From Lama guanicoe (Eukaryota), in contig MU054391.1 of the NCBI GenBank assembly GCA_013239625.1, positions 3,067,130-3,131,129 of the forward strand: a stretch of DNA of 64,000 bases, written 5' to 3'. A program made the position numbers and the translations under genes. A model generated the notes under the pieces. That model searched no databases and was not told the DNA's origin. It saw only the letters and a list, made by a program, of their open reading frames with translations. Below are positions 36,264-48,735 of this stretch, piece after piece. Position 1 is the stretch's first letter. Each line of letters opens with the position of its first letter.

Positions 36264-39104
36264 GAAAGAGGAGGGCAGATCCAGCTACAGAAACATTTTA
36301 CTGATGCTCAAGTCAGTCCTAGTTGGGAACAGACACTTCACGGCTGGTAAATGTTCCCGAGGATTTCAGTGTGAATTCATATTCTTTAGACATGCACGCA
36401 CACACCCCTCCATGCCCTGCCACCCCCGCCCTGACGTGGCCGACAGCAGGCTCAGCCCGGGGGGCAGAGGCTGTGCCAGGAGTCAGGCCTGGGCTCTCTT
36501 ACTGCGCCCCCAGGAGGGGAAGGAGAGCTGTGCCCTTGCGCAGCGAATCCCGGGGCCTTCCCAGGCCCTGTCTTCCCGGCCCCCCGGAAGGCAAAGCTTT
36601 TTGCTCAGGATCCAGAGGACAGGTGTGCAGATGCGGGGGCTGCAGAGGGGAGCAGAGGGTGATGCCTCCAGGCCCTCTGCTCACAGAGCCGGCTACCAGT
36701 AGGTCCTCGTGTTCCCCAGATGCTGGCATAGATTTTTCATAGAACCATGTATCTGGAGAGAGCTGGGAGTGGGGGAGAGAGGTGGCTAGCCAGGGAATGA
36801 TTCAGCCCCACATGGAGAGTGTATACATTGAAAAAGTCTTCCAGAGCGCCAAGAGCCCGTGAAGGTCCCTGCACGGTGATGCTCTGAATAGGCGCTCCCG
36901 TTCTCTGCAAGGTCTCCGCTCTGTCAAACGGGCTTTGTTGCCATGTGTGCTTTCCCCACACTTCCCTGTCTGTCTCCTCCTGGCGCAGCTGAAGGAGTGT
37001 GGGGAATTATCTGCGGCCAAGAGGGGGGGCGTGAGCCTGCAGGTCCAGCGGGTGGCAGGAGCCCAGGTGTCCTTCCCAGCACCCCCCATCTTGTCTGCGG
37101 AGATGGTCCTAAACGGGTCAAGGGAAGCCGCATCCCAGGTCCGTCCACAGGGCAAGATGCTGTCTGAGTGAGAAGTGCGCAGCAACCCCAAGTCCCCTCC
37201 CAGCACGTGTCGCCCTGTGTGGTGATGTCCCCTGTGCCCGTGGCGCTGACTCAGTGTGCTTTTATTCAGATGAAGTTGACTGCCCAGCGTCCCCATGAAT
37301 GTCTCAGGGAAAAACCCTTTCTGGTTGCTTTTCTTTTTTTTTTTTAGAGGAATCACGTTGGCTTTGCCTCTTGACTCAACTCGATGTAATGTGGTGGTGT
37401 TGCTCTCTCTGCTTCAAAACTACACAGAAACATGTGGAAATGTTTTATTCTTTTCAGATCAAATACCACGTGCACTAGATTTTCCCAGACCCGATCTTAA
37501 TGTTGATAAAAGTGGGAAACCCAGAGGGGCGTGTGCTCTCGAAGCCCTGCGTTGTGAGCTGTAATGTAGTCAGCCTGTGCTGCAGGGTTTCTGTGCATAA
37601 ATCACAGCCACGGTGCTGACAGCACCACTGTCACAAAGGGTGGTCTCTAGTCGACTCAGCTCTCCGAGAGATGGCCGGGCTGCTCAAAGCAGAGAGAGGG
37701 ACCACACCCGGGGCTGGTGGGGGACACCCATGCAGCCGCCCCATCCCCTTCCCCCACCGCACCCCCTGCCGGCTCTTCGCCTACTCAGCTAATTTTCTTT
37801 TGCATCTTGAAATTTGCTACCTGTCTGGTTTTTATTTTCCAGGAGTAAAGGGTTATGGGTAATGAGCGCCACCCCAGGGTCTGGAGGAAGGGCTTTCTAG
37901 GGGGGCCTCCCGAGAAGAGATTCCGGGGGGAAGGTAACTGCCCTGTTCCTCCCAGTTCCCCCATCCCTCGGACAAACACAGTTTGTAAATTCTCTGCATT
38001 TTCAACGCTCTCGGGTCTTCATCTGGAAAAGCACGGTCCTGTGCTGCTCTGAATGGTCCTGGGCTCCTGGCCTGTCTCCCCGGCCCTGAGCCCCCAAGAA
38101 GAGGGTCTCCCTCAGAAGGCCGGCAGCAGGTTTTGTAAGCCTCTCTATTGAGCCAGCCGTGCGTGTCTGCATTGCCGTGGTCCCAGCGCGGCCTGGACAA
38201 TCCCTTTGAAAGAATGCGCTTGGGAAGATTCTCAGGACAGAGGCAGCTCATTTCCATCCTTGGAGCTTTATCTCACAAAGGACATTTGAGCTAAAACAAC
38301 ATTGGGTCTTGCGGGAACTTCGCTCCTGCTTCCAAATGGGTTGACTCTAGAGGAAACAGAATTTTCTTCCCCCACATTTTCCCAACAGAGTGATTCTTTC
38401 AGTGCCAAAATCCTCAAAAGAGAAGATCACATACCACACCTACACGTGCAACAGCAGGAGTGCACGATGGAACGTCAGTGGCTACGAGCAGAGGGCCGCT
38501 GTTCAACAAAGGCTGAACGAGGGAGCGAAAAATTCAGCATTGCCACTGCTGCTCAGAAAAGCAGTGCTTATCAGCATATGCAAATTTACACCGCCTTTTA
38601 TTGAAATATTGCTGATTTGCAGATACACTGCATTTTATAATTAGTGCAAAGCCTTATCTCCTATCAAACCACCATGGGAAACACTGGTATTTATTGGCGG
38701 AGGCAAACTAGGAGACCTGCCCCACCCTGTGCGTGTGTGTGCGTGTGTGCACACATGTAAATCCACCCTGACAGCCTGTTTTGCGAGAACTCCACTTGCC
38801 TTGTGTGTTTCTGGTGGGAGCTGGGGTGGTCATGAGTGAAAATGCTTCCAGGGAACCACGCAGGGCATTCCAGATAATACAGCCTTAGACGGAAGCTTTC
38901 CTCTGACTCCGTTTATCTGCATAGATAGGAGGCCCTGAGTGGCGGTGAACATGGGGACGGCTGGGAAAGGCAGGAAGCGCAAATTCAGCGGACTTTTATT
39001 TCTTCCTGGAAATCAGGTTGTCCCGTGCTCACCCTTTGACGCTCCTACGAGGTCAGATTCAACTGATGGCTGGACTAACAGCCCAGCCAACCCCTGGTGT
39101 AAGA

Positions 39105-39151
39105 GTGTGTGTCTGTGTGTGTGTGTGTGAGTGTGTGAGTGAGAGTGTGTG
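39105..39151. repeat. Imperfect (GT)n microsatellite
   Basis: gtgtgtgtctgtgtgtgtgtgtgtgagtgtgtgagtgagagtgtgtg. Confidence 0.9.
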
Positions 39152-39484
39152 CATGTAGGCGTCCCCAGCCATGCGGGGGGACTCGAATCGGTCTGGCCGC
39201 CAGGGCTGTGCACTGACCCAGGAAGCAGCCCCTCCTCCCACTTCAACAGGACCCGCCGACCGGGGAATCCTGCTGAAGGATTCGTGTTGGGGCCGAAAGA
39301 AAGCTTGCTTTAATAACATTCCCCTGTTTTGTTCGTACATTTCCCACGTTCCCCACTTTCCTCCTTCCTTCCTTAGATTAAGAAAGCAAAATCTATTGAA
39401 TGATTCTGTGGGGTTTCGCTTTTGTTAAACACAAGCCCCATCCCTCAGGGAGCCCTTGGTGCTGGGGACGTGCGTGGCACCGGC

Positions 39485-39700
39485 TGCGGAGTCAGGCAGA
39501 CCGGGCGCCCACCCTGACTCCCTGTCTGCTTGAGCGCCATCTCTGCCGCCTGCTTTGCTATGACAGGCTCCTTGCTGAGACTTTTCTTACCTGCAGAACC
39601 GAAGCAACAGTTCCCACCTTCTGGGTCAAAGTGTAGGATGCAGTTTCGGGAAAACACACGCCTCACCATTGGAGCTTAATAAAGAAATAGGAATTATTAC
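39485..39700 (+). mobile_element. MIR SINE
   Basis: ggagtcaggcagaccgggc...tttcttacctgcagaac...gcttaataaagaaataggaattattac. Confidence 0.55.
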
Positions 39701-41559
39701 TTGTCTTGTGGGTGGATATCAGTGTATACATTGCACTTAATATTTTTCTAAACTGAGCGCATTCCAAATTAAAGACAGAAAAGTTCCAAAATGCTAGAAA
39801 CATGCTCATTCGAAATATTTGCAACACTTTAAATAAGGAGATGCTATGTGGTCTGAGCGCTACAATGAATTACTTCTGCAGCCTTTGATACATCATATCC
39901 CCTCTGGGTTTCGGCTCCAAACAGAGGCTGTGTCATAGCTGATCCTGAAGTCGTTAGAGTGATGTGGAAGGAGCATCCAGCAGGGGCCGCGGTGATGTTG
40001 CCCAGAGGGAAATGTGCGTTTTTCACCCCCCACCAAGCCCACCTGGACCCACTTCAAGATCCTCCTCTGGGGAGACAGAGGCCCTTCTCTCCGTGCTTCA
40101 CTCTCTAGAGGATTTTGAGGTCCGGCATCATCCCCGTCCTCGGGTGCAGGGTGGCCGGGCCTCCGCCTCTCCCGCAGCTGCTCTGATGTCAGGCCTCCTC
40201 CCGCTGGGGCGTCCCTGCCCCTCCAGCTCCCAGGTCTCCGCTCTTCTGGTCGGGAGGTCAGGAGGGCCCGCCCCTCAGAAGCCTCAGGTCCTCTCTCCCA
40301 TTTCATACACTGGGAATCAGCATTCCTCAGCTTACGTTCTGGCTGGGCCTCAAATTCCCTCACCTCCTGGACCCTCAAGTTCCGCACGCACCCCTCGCAG
40401 GAGCAGGCTGACTCCAGACTCCTCCAGCACCGCGTCCCATACTTCCCATGAGACCCCACATGGATGCCCACATTGGCAGCGGCCCTGGGGGGAGCCTGTC
40501 ATCCAGGTGGTGCTCCCTGGAGCAGACGGCCCCGCAGACCCACACAAGCAGATGGACAGCCCCCCCCCCACCGTCTGTAGGTGCACAGACGTAAGATCTC
40601 CAGTGAAACAAAAGGGAATCCTGCCAGCATGAGCCTGGAGGGAACACAGTCGGCATAGATGGCAGGGTGGACAGTGACCAGAAGGCTGGGACCTGGTGAC
40701 AATTAGAGGGGCCAGCAGGCAGCAGCTGAGGCCCCAGCCCTGAGAGCCATTTCAGGTTCCAAGTCACCGCAGAGGGGCCTGTTGCCCCGCAGCACCTCGG
40801 CCTGGCCGTTTGTCCACAAGGGAAGTCACAGCCCCGGCCTCATTGCTTTGGGCTGCCGTGAGGACAATGCCACCGTGAAAAGAGTTAAAAAGATTCTGAG
40901 GAAGGGGTGAGGGGCCCACGCAGGGGCAGTCCAAGGTCTTTTAGACGCCATTACAGGCTCTTTAATTAAGCCCCTCTTCCTGAGCTTGTCTGCTGGCCAA
41001 ACCGACAAGCGACAGAGGGACTTCGCATGGATGGGCCCGGGTTCTGCTGTGGCCCAGGGGGATGGGCTAGCGAGGCGGCCCCAGACTCCCTCGTGCCTTC
41101 TCTTTTTTCCTTGCTCTGATAGATTCTGTGAAAACCACATTAAAGTGTGTGAACCAAGCGATTCCATTTATCAAAGGAAGAAGGTCAAAAATAGCATTCA
41201 TTCTGAGAATATCAAAGTGCCCTGCCGGACTCATGGGTGAGGCAGGAGGTTGGAGCTGCCGGACTCGACCTCATCTCCGTTTCGACCCCCACACTGCCCC
41301 TGTGTCTGGAAGCTGGGGCACCCGACCTTCCCCCAGCAGAAGAGAGTGTTTCCCGCAGCAGCACGTGGTAGATGATCAGGGCCCGGAACACGGCTCTGTG
41401 GCCCTCTCTGCACAGGCCCGTTCTGTTTGGTGTCCCTGTGAGGGTTGCCTTCTCAGATGGCTGGGTGCTGACCCGCGCTGCAGGCCGGCTCCCTCCACGG
41501 GGGCCTGGAGTGGGCACAGTTCGCCTGTCCACCCTCCTGGAAATCCTGCTGCCGCCAGC

Positions 41560-42085
41560 ACTGCCCTGGTGCCCGGCTCCACGCGCCTCGGCCCCTCTCC
41601 TCACAGCGCCGCTGCTGCGGTTCCTGGAGAGGCCCCGCGTGTGCTGGTCCCCCCGCCTCCTGCGGGAGCCCGCCGTCCCCAGAACCCCAGAGCCCGCTGC
41701 GGCTCAGGGCGCCCGGCCTCGGGGCCGCTCCGGGGACCCTGTCCCACCACTAGGGAGGTTGGGGATGCTGAGGTTTCTATGGATTTGTGCAGGATGCAGG
41801 GAAGGTGCGAGTCAGAGCTCCTCGTCTGGGCTGCGTGGAGAAACGACCGTGTCCCAGAATCTGCAAGCGGAGCAGCGGGAGGCGGGTCCCCGCGCCCGGG
41901 GAAAGCCGGCAGCTCACGGTCAGACTCCTGCCCCTGCGCGCTTCGCCGGACGCACCCCTCCGTCTGCACAGCAGCCTCTGCGTCACCTGTCACCGGCCCC
42001 AGCCGCAGGCTCGGCCTCCCGCGGACGCCCTCGCTCTGCCACTGTGCGACCCTTCCGTCATCAGCCCCGAGCTCGCAGGGTCTCA
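41560..42085. promoter_or_regulatory. CpG-rich block (orphan CpG-island-like) adjoining an AT-rich element
   Basis: High CpG density, with an abrupt switch to AT-rich sequence at about 42100. Confidence 0.45.
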
Positions 42086-43865
42086 GGAGCTGAGGGGGCA
42101 TTTTTATCAAACGCGGTTAATTATTCAGATAAAAGATTGCCAGGCCCAGATTTACCTCCACTGCCTGAAGATAAATGGAGGATTAAACGAAGTTCCACTT
42201 TGAAAAATGCAAGCTTAAAAACAAAATTATGATTCCATGCAAGGTGTACGGGAAGATTTGCAGAGTGAATAAACGGGATGGCTTGTAGCATTTCCAACAG
42301 ATTGTGAGCCATGATCATCGTTGTGGAGACTGTGAACTTATGATTATTTACAGACAACCAAAGGTGTCCACCGTCTCGCAGGGTAGGGTCTAATTTGGTG
42401 GCTGGAGAGACAGAGAGAGAGAGAGAGGAAGAGAAAACTGCCAACCCCCCCAAAAAACAAAAAAAAAAACCTGACTTCTTAAATGACATGCAGGATGGTT
42501 GTGAAATTCAGGAAAGGAACAGAGACACGCTCAGGTGGGGCCTATTTATGTCCAGTCAAGGGTCTGGGCCACTCTCTGAGGCAACAAGGTTTGAAATCAA
42601 GAATCCAGTTTCACAAGTCACACAGGCACACAGGCACACGCTTTCACACACACACACAAAGGCACACACATGCTTCCAGGTTAGGATGGTTTGCGAAGAA
42701 CGTTCTCCAGGGGGAGGGGCTACGTCTTGCTCCCCCATGGCTCCCCCAGCCCCGCGCAGGTGAGCGGGGCTCACGCCTGCTGGCCCGGGCCCTCCTGTAG
42801 GCGCTTGGATGTGTCCGAGCCCAGCCCGCCCCTTCCCCACTCCCAGCAAGTGCCCACGACACACCCAGACTCAGCGCCCCCCTGTCTCTGGGACGTCCTC
42901 CCTCCCCCATGGGTGGTTCTTCCTGGAGCAGCTTTCCAGCCACGCTCACTCTTTGTCCCCTTCTTCAGACTTGTCCTTTTCCACAATGCCTCCTACTTCC
43001 TGCCTTCATCAGCGCTGTACCTTTTTCCTCGATATTCTCACTGACATCTAAGACTTTGACTTCCACTTTTACCTTCCGGATTCTAAAACCTTTCTACCCA
43101 ACCCACACGTCTCTGCTGAATCCCGGACAGACAGCATCAAAGCCCGCTGGGCACCTCGCTGCCGAGTGGCCACCCGGAGTGAAAGTTCACGTTGGAGCAT
43201 CCCAAATGGCCAAGGGACCGTCTCTGCTCTTCTTCCAAGTGCAAAAGTTAGTTTGATTGCAGTGGACTGACCCCTACTCCACCCGGGCCGCTTTGGACCC
43301 CGAGGCAAGCACAGTGAGGGTCTGCAAGAAGCCTTTCCTGATTTCCTGTATGCGTTCACTCAGCAGAGGGACGGGGAGCAGCCCCTGCGTTCGCTCTGCC
43401 TCCAGATAGCAGCGTCTTGCTGGTGGGAGACAGGGACGCGTCAGAGTTGCTCAGGGAGCAAAAACGATTAAAGAAAACCTGGAACCTGACTCCCACGGCT
43501 GTGCGCTTCTTCCAGGAGAACCAAAGGCACCTTCGAAGGTCAAAATGAGGGTATGCATGCTGGCGGAATCCTCGGTGTAAAGACGTGCGGAATCCCAGGA
43601 AAGCGTGCGAGGCTGTTACATCCACAGGCTCCCATTTCCCCCGGAAACGATGCTCCCTCGTGGCTGTCACTTCTAAGGCGGAGCCGCGAGGCTTGTGGCC
43701 CCAGAGCAGGGGGAGAGGCTACTGTGTGAGACCAAGCCTCGGTGAGCTTACATTGTTTTGACAGTCAGGCTTTGGAGAGAAAGAAGAGATTATTAAATGA
43801 CAGATTCTCCCTTCTTCATATCAAGATTTAGATTCGATCACAACATTTTCCAAAGATGAGTCTAT

Positions 43866-43962
43866 GAGAGGAGAGAGAGATGGAGAGACAGAGAGAGACA
43901 GAGAGACAGAGAGGACAGAGAGACACAAGAGAGACAGATGGAGAGACGGGAGAGAGAGGGAG
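43866..43962. repeat. GA-rich (GAGACA-type) low-complexity tract
   Basis: gagaggagagagatggagagacagagagagacagagagacagagaggacagagagacac... Confidence 0.9.
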
Positions 43963-45454
43963 ATTGAGGCGGAGGGGCTTCGGGCTGTCCACTTGCCCTG
44001 GAGAAGCTGAGACCCAGGAAAGGGAGGCGGGGGGCGGGCGCGCTGGGTGGGGTGGGTGGGGTGACGGGGGACTGCTGGGAGACAGGTACCCCAGTATCAC
44101 CTCCATCTTTTCTCAGCTCTCTGTGTGACTGGCTTGCTTTCTTTGCCTTCTCTTTAATATCACTTCCTTGGAGACACCTCCCCTGATCATCCTACATGAC
44201 AGAGCACCCCTTCCTTTGTTTACTGCTGTCTCCCCGGAGCCCAGACGTGGTGCACCGCCATGCTTCTACAGTCAGTGAGTGCAGGAAGGCTAGCATTCCA
44301 AGGTGCCTCAGTCTGCTCGCCTTCCGGCCGGTGGTGGGAGAGCACCTCCCAGAGTGCTTCATGCACCAACGTAGGGAAGCCACATGCCAGTCAGAAAGGC
44401 ATCGTTGACCAGAAGAAAGGCTGCCTTCCATGGACCTTCCAGAAGGAAGGCGACCTCCTCCCAGAAGGAAGGTGCCCCCCGTGAGTCTCTCTGAAGGAAG
44501 GTGATGATGTGAAGGTCAGAAAGTATCAGAAAAACAGAGACCAGATCTGTGTGGACCAGGTCAGACACTCTCAGGGCCGTGGGAGCCTGATCCGGAATCC
44601 CTGGAGCTTCGATTTTTCTGTGACAGAGAGGAAACTATCGTGATTAGAGACGTGACTGTGCCGGAAGCATCCCCCAGTGTTTTCTAAACATCCTTCTTAT
44701 CCTGGAACAAATAAAGACATATGCATTTTGCATTAACGTTAAGGAATAAATAGTAAATTATAAACAGAATAGAAGTTATACTGCAGTGTCATGGTGTCTG
44801 TAGATTTTGACAGTCCGTGGAGTGTGCCCCTCTAGAAATGTGCATTCGTCCCCTATTTAGAAATAATGCACCATTCTTTGTCAGTCCACTTTACCACACC
44901 CGTGTAGGAACACGGGAACGGAAAATATCTTTCGAATCCTATGGGCCCCATTCTTCCATCGCATTTCAGTTAGAGACGCCGTGCGTCTTGTGTGTTTTCT
45001 CTCTTGGAACATCCTCCCGGGTGCTGCTGGAGGAGAACGCCGGTTTCAGGTCTCGGAAGCTGCGGGACTTTACTCTGTGTCTCCTGACGCCCCGTCGGTG
45101 TGCGTAGGTGTGAGTAATCTCACTGCAACAGAATGTTGTCATGTCTTATTGACTAACTGAGCTCCTTCACTCCAGATCTCAGCAGCTGAGAGTTCAAGTG
45201 TTAAATGTTGGGATGGTGATTCCAAGAGGGCGTGAACAAGGACACAACCCAGGCACCTGCCGGGTTTCACTTCTCCTCCTTCGTCTTCTCTGTTTTCCCC
45301 CTGTCCTGCCAGGGGCTGCCTGGCTGGAGATGCTCGTAGGCTCGACCTAGAGCCAAAGGTATCATCCAGACATGGGGTTGGGAACCAGATCATCCACGAC
45401 GGGAGACAGCAAACTCTCACTGCTGGGTATTCCAGCAGGAGAGAGCAAACTGTT

Positions 45455-47060
45455 GTCATCAATTGTTTGTTTATTAGCACAGGAAACGCAGTGTCTCCTT
45501 CCTGCCGGAAACGGGGAAAAACATTGGCGTGACAGGCGTCCATAAGACAAGCAGGACTCTTACCCTCAAAGTCCACAGTCTGGTGGGGAAGCAAGACAGA
45601 CCGACAATTACAGGACAACTGAGGTGGGAGGCTGCTTAGGGGTCGGGGGGCTGTGAGGACAGAGGAGACCGCTGTCACTAGGAGGGGTCGGATCGGGGAA
45701 GGTAACATTGGACTGTGTGAAAATCAGTCCAAAGCATGGTGTGGGTTGAAGTAGAAGAGGAAGCAGGGTCGAGACTACCCTCAAGGGCCACCCAGTTCAC
45801 AGAACCAGCTTTTGGTGAAGGGCTGTAGCACAGATTCCACCTGGGAGGTTGCAGGGGAAACCCTGAAGTTGAAGCCACGCCTTGGTAACTGCGTCCAAGG
45901 ATCAGCTTCCTGGGGAAGAAAAAGGGGATCAGACAAATTGAGGGAAACTCCTTCAAAGAAAAGGAGACCGTGAGGCTCTGGGCTGAGGTGGTGACAGTTG
46001 ATTCTTGAGTCACTTAAGGAGCACGTTGGGGAATTCAAAATGAAGCTGGAGTGGGGAGGGTTGGAGTCCAGTTTGGCCAGCCGGAGTGGAGATGACACTC
46101 CTCGTTAAAGCAAGGGATGCAGAGATAAAGCACCCTTTGGTGATGACATGATGATTGAAGTCAGCGTCACTTTTGGTTTGAGGTACCAGTGAGATACGTG
46201 GGGAGCAACGTGGACCGCCCAGCCAGGCAAGGGAGCCCAGAGCCCTGGAGAGAGATGCGGGCTGGCGTGGAGATCTGTAAGTCAGCAGCTTTCCAGAGCA
46301 GTGCTGAGCCAGTTGTATAAACCACAAAAAATAAAAGTAGCAAAAAGATATTTGTAAAATTCTGGGGAATGATTCAGCTTAAAGAAAATGAAAAGAAGGA
46401 AATTGGGGATGGGAGCAGAGTGGGAGCAGATGATGCAAGAAGAAGGAGGAGCCCCAGAGAAGGGGAAAATCACAAAAGTTAAGAGGAGAGATGCCCTGGG
46501 CGGTGCTGGTCAGAGGAGCCAGGACCACTGCCCACTGGGTTCGGCAAGTCTGAGGATTCAGGTGAATGTCAGATGAGCGATGTCAGTAGATCAAAGGGTG
46601 AACTGAAAACTAATCAAAGTAAACTAAGCAAAGGGGAGCCGAGAGTTACTGTGGCTCGATTGCCTCCATGATTTGTAGATGGAGAGACTGAGGTCCAATG
46701 ACTGTGTTTACCCAAGGACACCGACGGGCTGGAAGACTAGGCTCATATAAAGGGTAAGAGGAAATAGGCTTAGAAAGATGGAGGCCGGCTCCTGGCGAGG
46801 GTCTCGGGTTCCTGTCCAGGAACATAGACTTCAGCCCATTGCTCTCATCAGCAGCGATGCAGAACCACTGGAGTTCTTGGACTGAGTGCTGGCACGTTCA
46901 CAAGAACACTTCAAGATCAGCCTAACGTAAATGAGCACGAGGCTGAAGGGAGATAAAGGATGGCAGAGGCTGGAAGGGGTGGCGGGAGAGGGTGACCAAC
47001 TCAGGTGACGAGGGCTGAGCAGAAAGGATGGGAGAGACTTGGACAGAGAACTGTGAGGGC
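45455..47060 (-). mobile_element. Degraded L2 LINE fragments
   Basis: taccctcaaagtccacagtctggtgggga, gctggcgtggagatctgtaagtcagcagc and gcagaaccactggagttcttggactgag are L2-like; probably several fragments. Confidence 0.55.
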
Positions 47061-48618
47061 TGTGTCGACGAACGAGCGGAGGAGGGGAATTAAAAATAAA
47101 GGCAAAGGGTAATTGGAAGGTTTTGTCTTGAAGGAAGAGAGATTTATTGGTAGAAATAGGAAAATCTGGAAGAAGTATTGCTTCTTGGCATATAAAAAGC
47201 CTTCTAACAAAAAGGTGATTCTGATTTCCCAGAGAAGAGTCGGTCTAGATCATACCAGAAGGAGACTGAACACGTCACCCAGTACATTGCTTGAAATCTG
47301 TATGCTGCTCACTTACCAGCAAACACTGAGAAACCTTCATTGTGGTCCCTTAGTGAATTCTCACTGATTTTCACGCTGCCGGTTCCCCCAACCCAGCCAC
47401 TGGAATGCACGCCCCTCGGTGGTCTCGCCTCACCTGTCAGGAGTGATTGAGTAACAGAGAACAGCAGTGAGGTCTCATATTACTAATATTCCATTACTTC
47501 GACAAAAGAGACAAGAGCGCATTCATTAGCGCACGATGAAATATTACCCTAAATAAGTGAAATTAAATTATGCTTGTCAAAATAAATGAACACTGCACAT
47601 GCCACGATTCCGTGTCCCTCATCCTTTTAATTACGTTTTTTTTCCCCCTTACTTGCTAATTTGTGAAATTTGCTTTCTCACAATGGGCTGCCTGTCGCGA
47701 GTGGGCATCTGCTGTCGCCGCGCGCACAGCCTGCCCCCCGCGGCTCCCGGCGGGCTCCGCCTGGGGCGCCCGGCGGACTAATTGGTTGGTTCTGTGCCCC
47801 TCTTCAAGCTTGTGGCAAAGCTACACATTAATTTTCACCTTTGGAAACGGGTGATGAGGACACGCGCCTTCTCTAGGCAGATGGAAGGACCCTGCTTTGC
47901 TCTGCACTTGGAAATCCTCGTCCAGGCTTCACAAGGGCCACACCTGCCTTCTTTTAAGTGCTGTGTGTGTGTGCGTGTGTGTGTGTTTTCTTACTGATGC
48001 AAAGAACAGTTGTGCTGGTTTCCAACATGCTGTGCTGCTGAGCCTTCTCTACTGATCCATCCCCTGAAGGGATGCAAATGTCACTCTGGCCTGGGTGCTC
48101 CCTGGGAGACCTTCCCCTCCAGACGGTGTTCATGGGGTACCTCCTCATGGTGTGATGCATTCTGCAAGGGGTTTGTACATATCATCGGACCAGTCCTCAG
48201 GCCGTTCCTGTGAGAGAGGCATTTTGAATTCCCTCTAATGAGTCTGCAGCTCAGAGCAGCTAAACGGACTCCCGAGTTCATGTCCCCAGTGAGGGGCAGG
48301 ATGAGAACGCACATCTTCCCGTTTCATGGTTTTCCTGACTCCTGGTGTGTTACTGGCTCTCATCAAGCTGCCTCTAGATGGTATATTATTAAGAAACAAA
48401 TGTGTTTAGACAATAAAGAAACAGGACATGTGAAGAGAGAGATTCGGGAGATGGTGGAGAGGCATTAGATGCAGCCCTGAAAAACCTCTCAGTACTAATT
48501 TTAATGTTTTTTTTTTTTAAGAAAACACCTATTGAAGAAAACTGGGGAAGTGCGATGACAGAATAAGTACCTATCCATGTTGCATTCACGTATTTTGTCT
48601 TTCAATCTTAATGAAAAA

Positions 48619-48735
48619 TTTTCTTTGGGGGAAGTAATTAAGTTCACTTACTTATTTTTAGAAGGGGTGCTGGGGATGAACCCAGGACCTCACGCATGCT
48701 AAGTGTGCGCTCTGCCACTCGAGCAGACCTCCCCC
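48619..48735 (-). mobile_element. tRNA-Ala-derived camelid SINE (Vic-1-like) with characteristic tail
   Basis: The reverse complement gives a tRNA-Ala-like head, then aaaaataagtaagtgaacttaattacttcccccaaagaaaa, matching the recalled Vic-1 tail. Confidence 0.88.

Noticed and set aside
41128..42232. 321-aa and 286-aa + strand ORFs
   Set aside because: Overlapping frames in a CpG-rich block, non-ATG starts and no recognisable protein.
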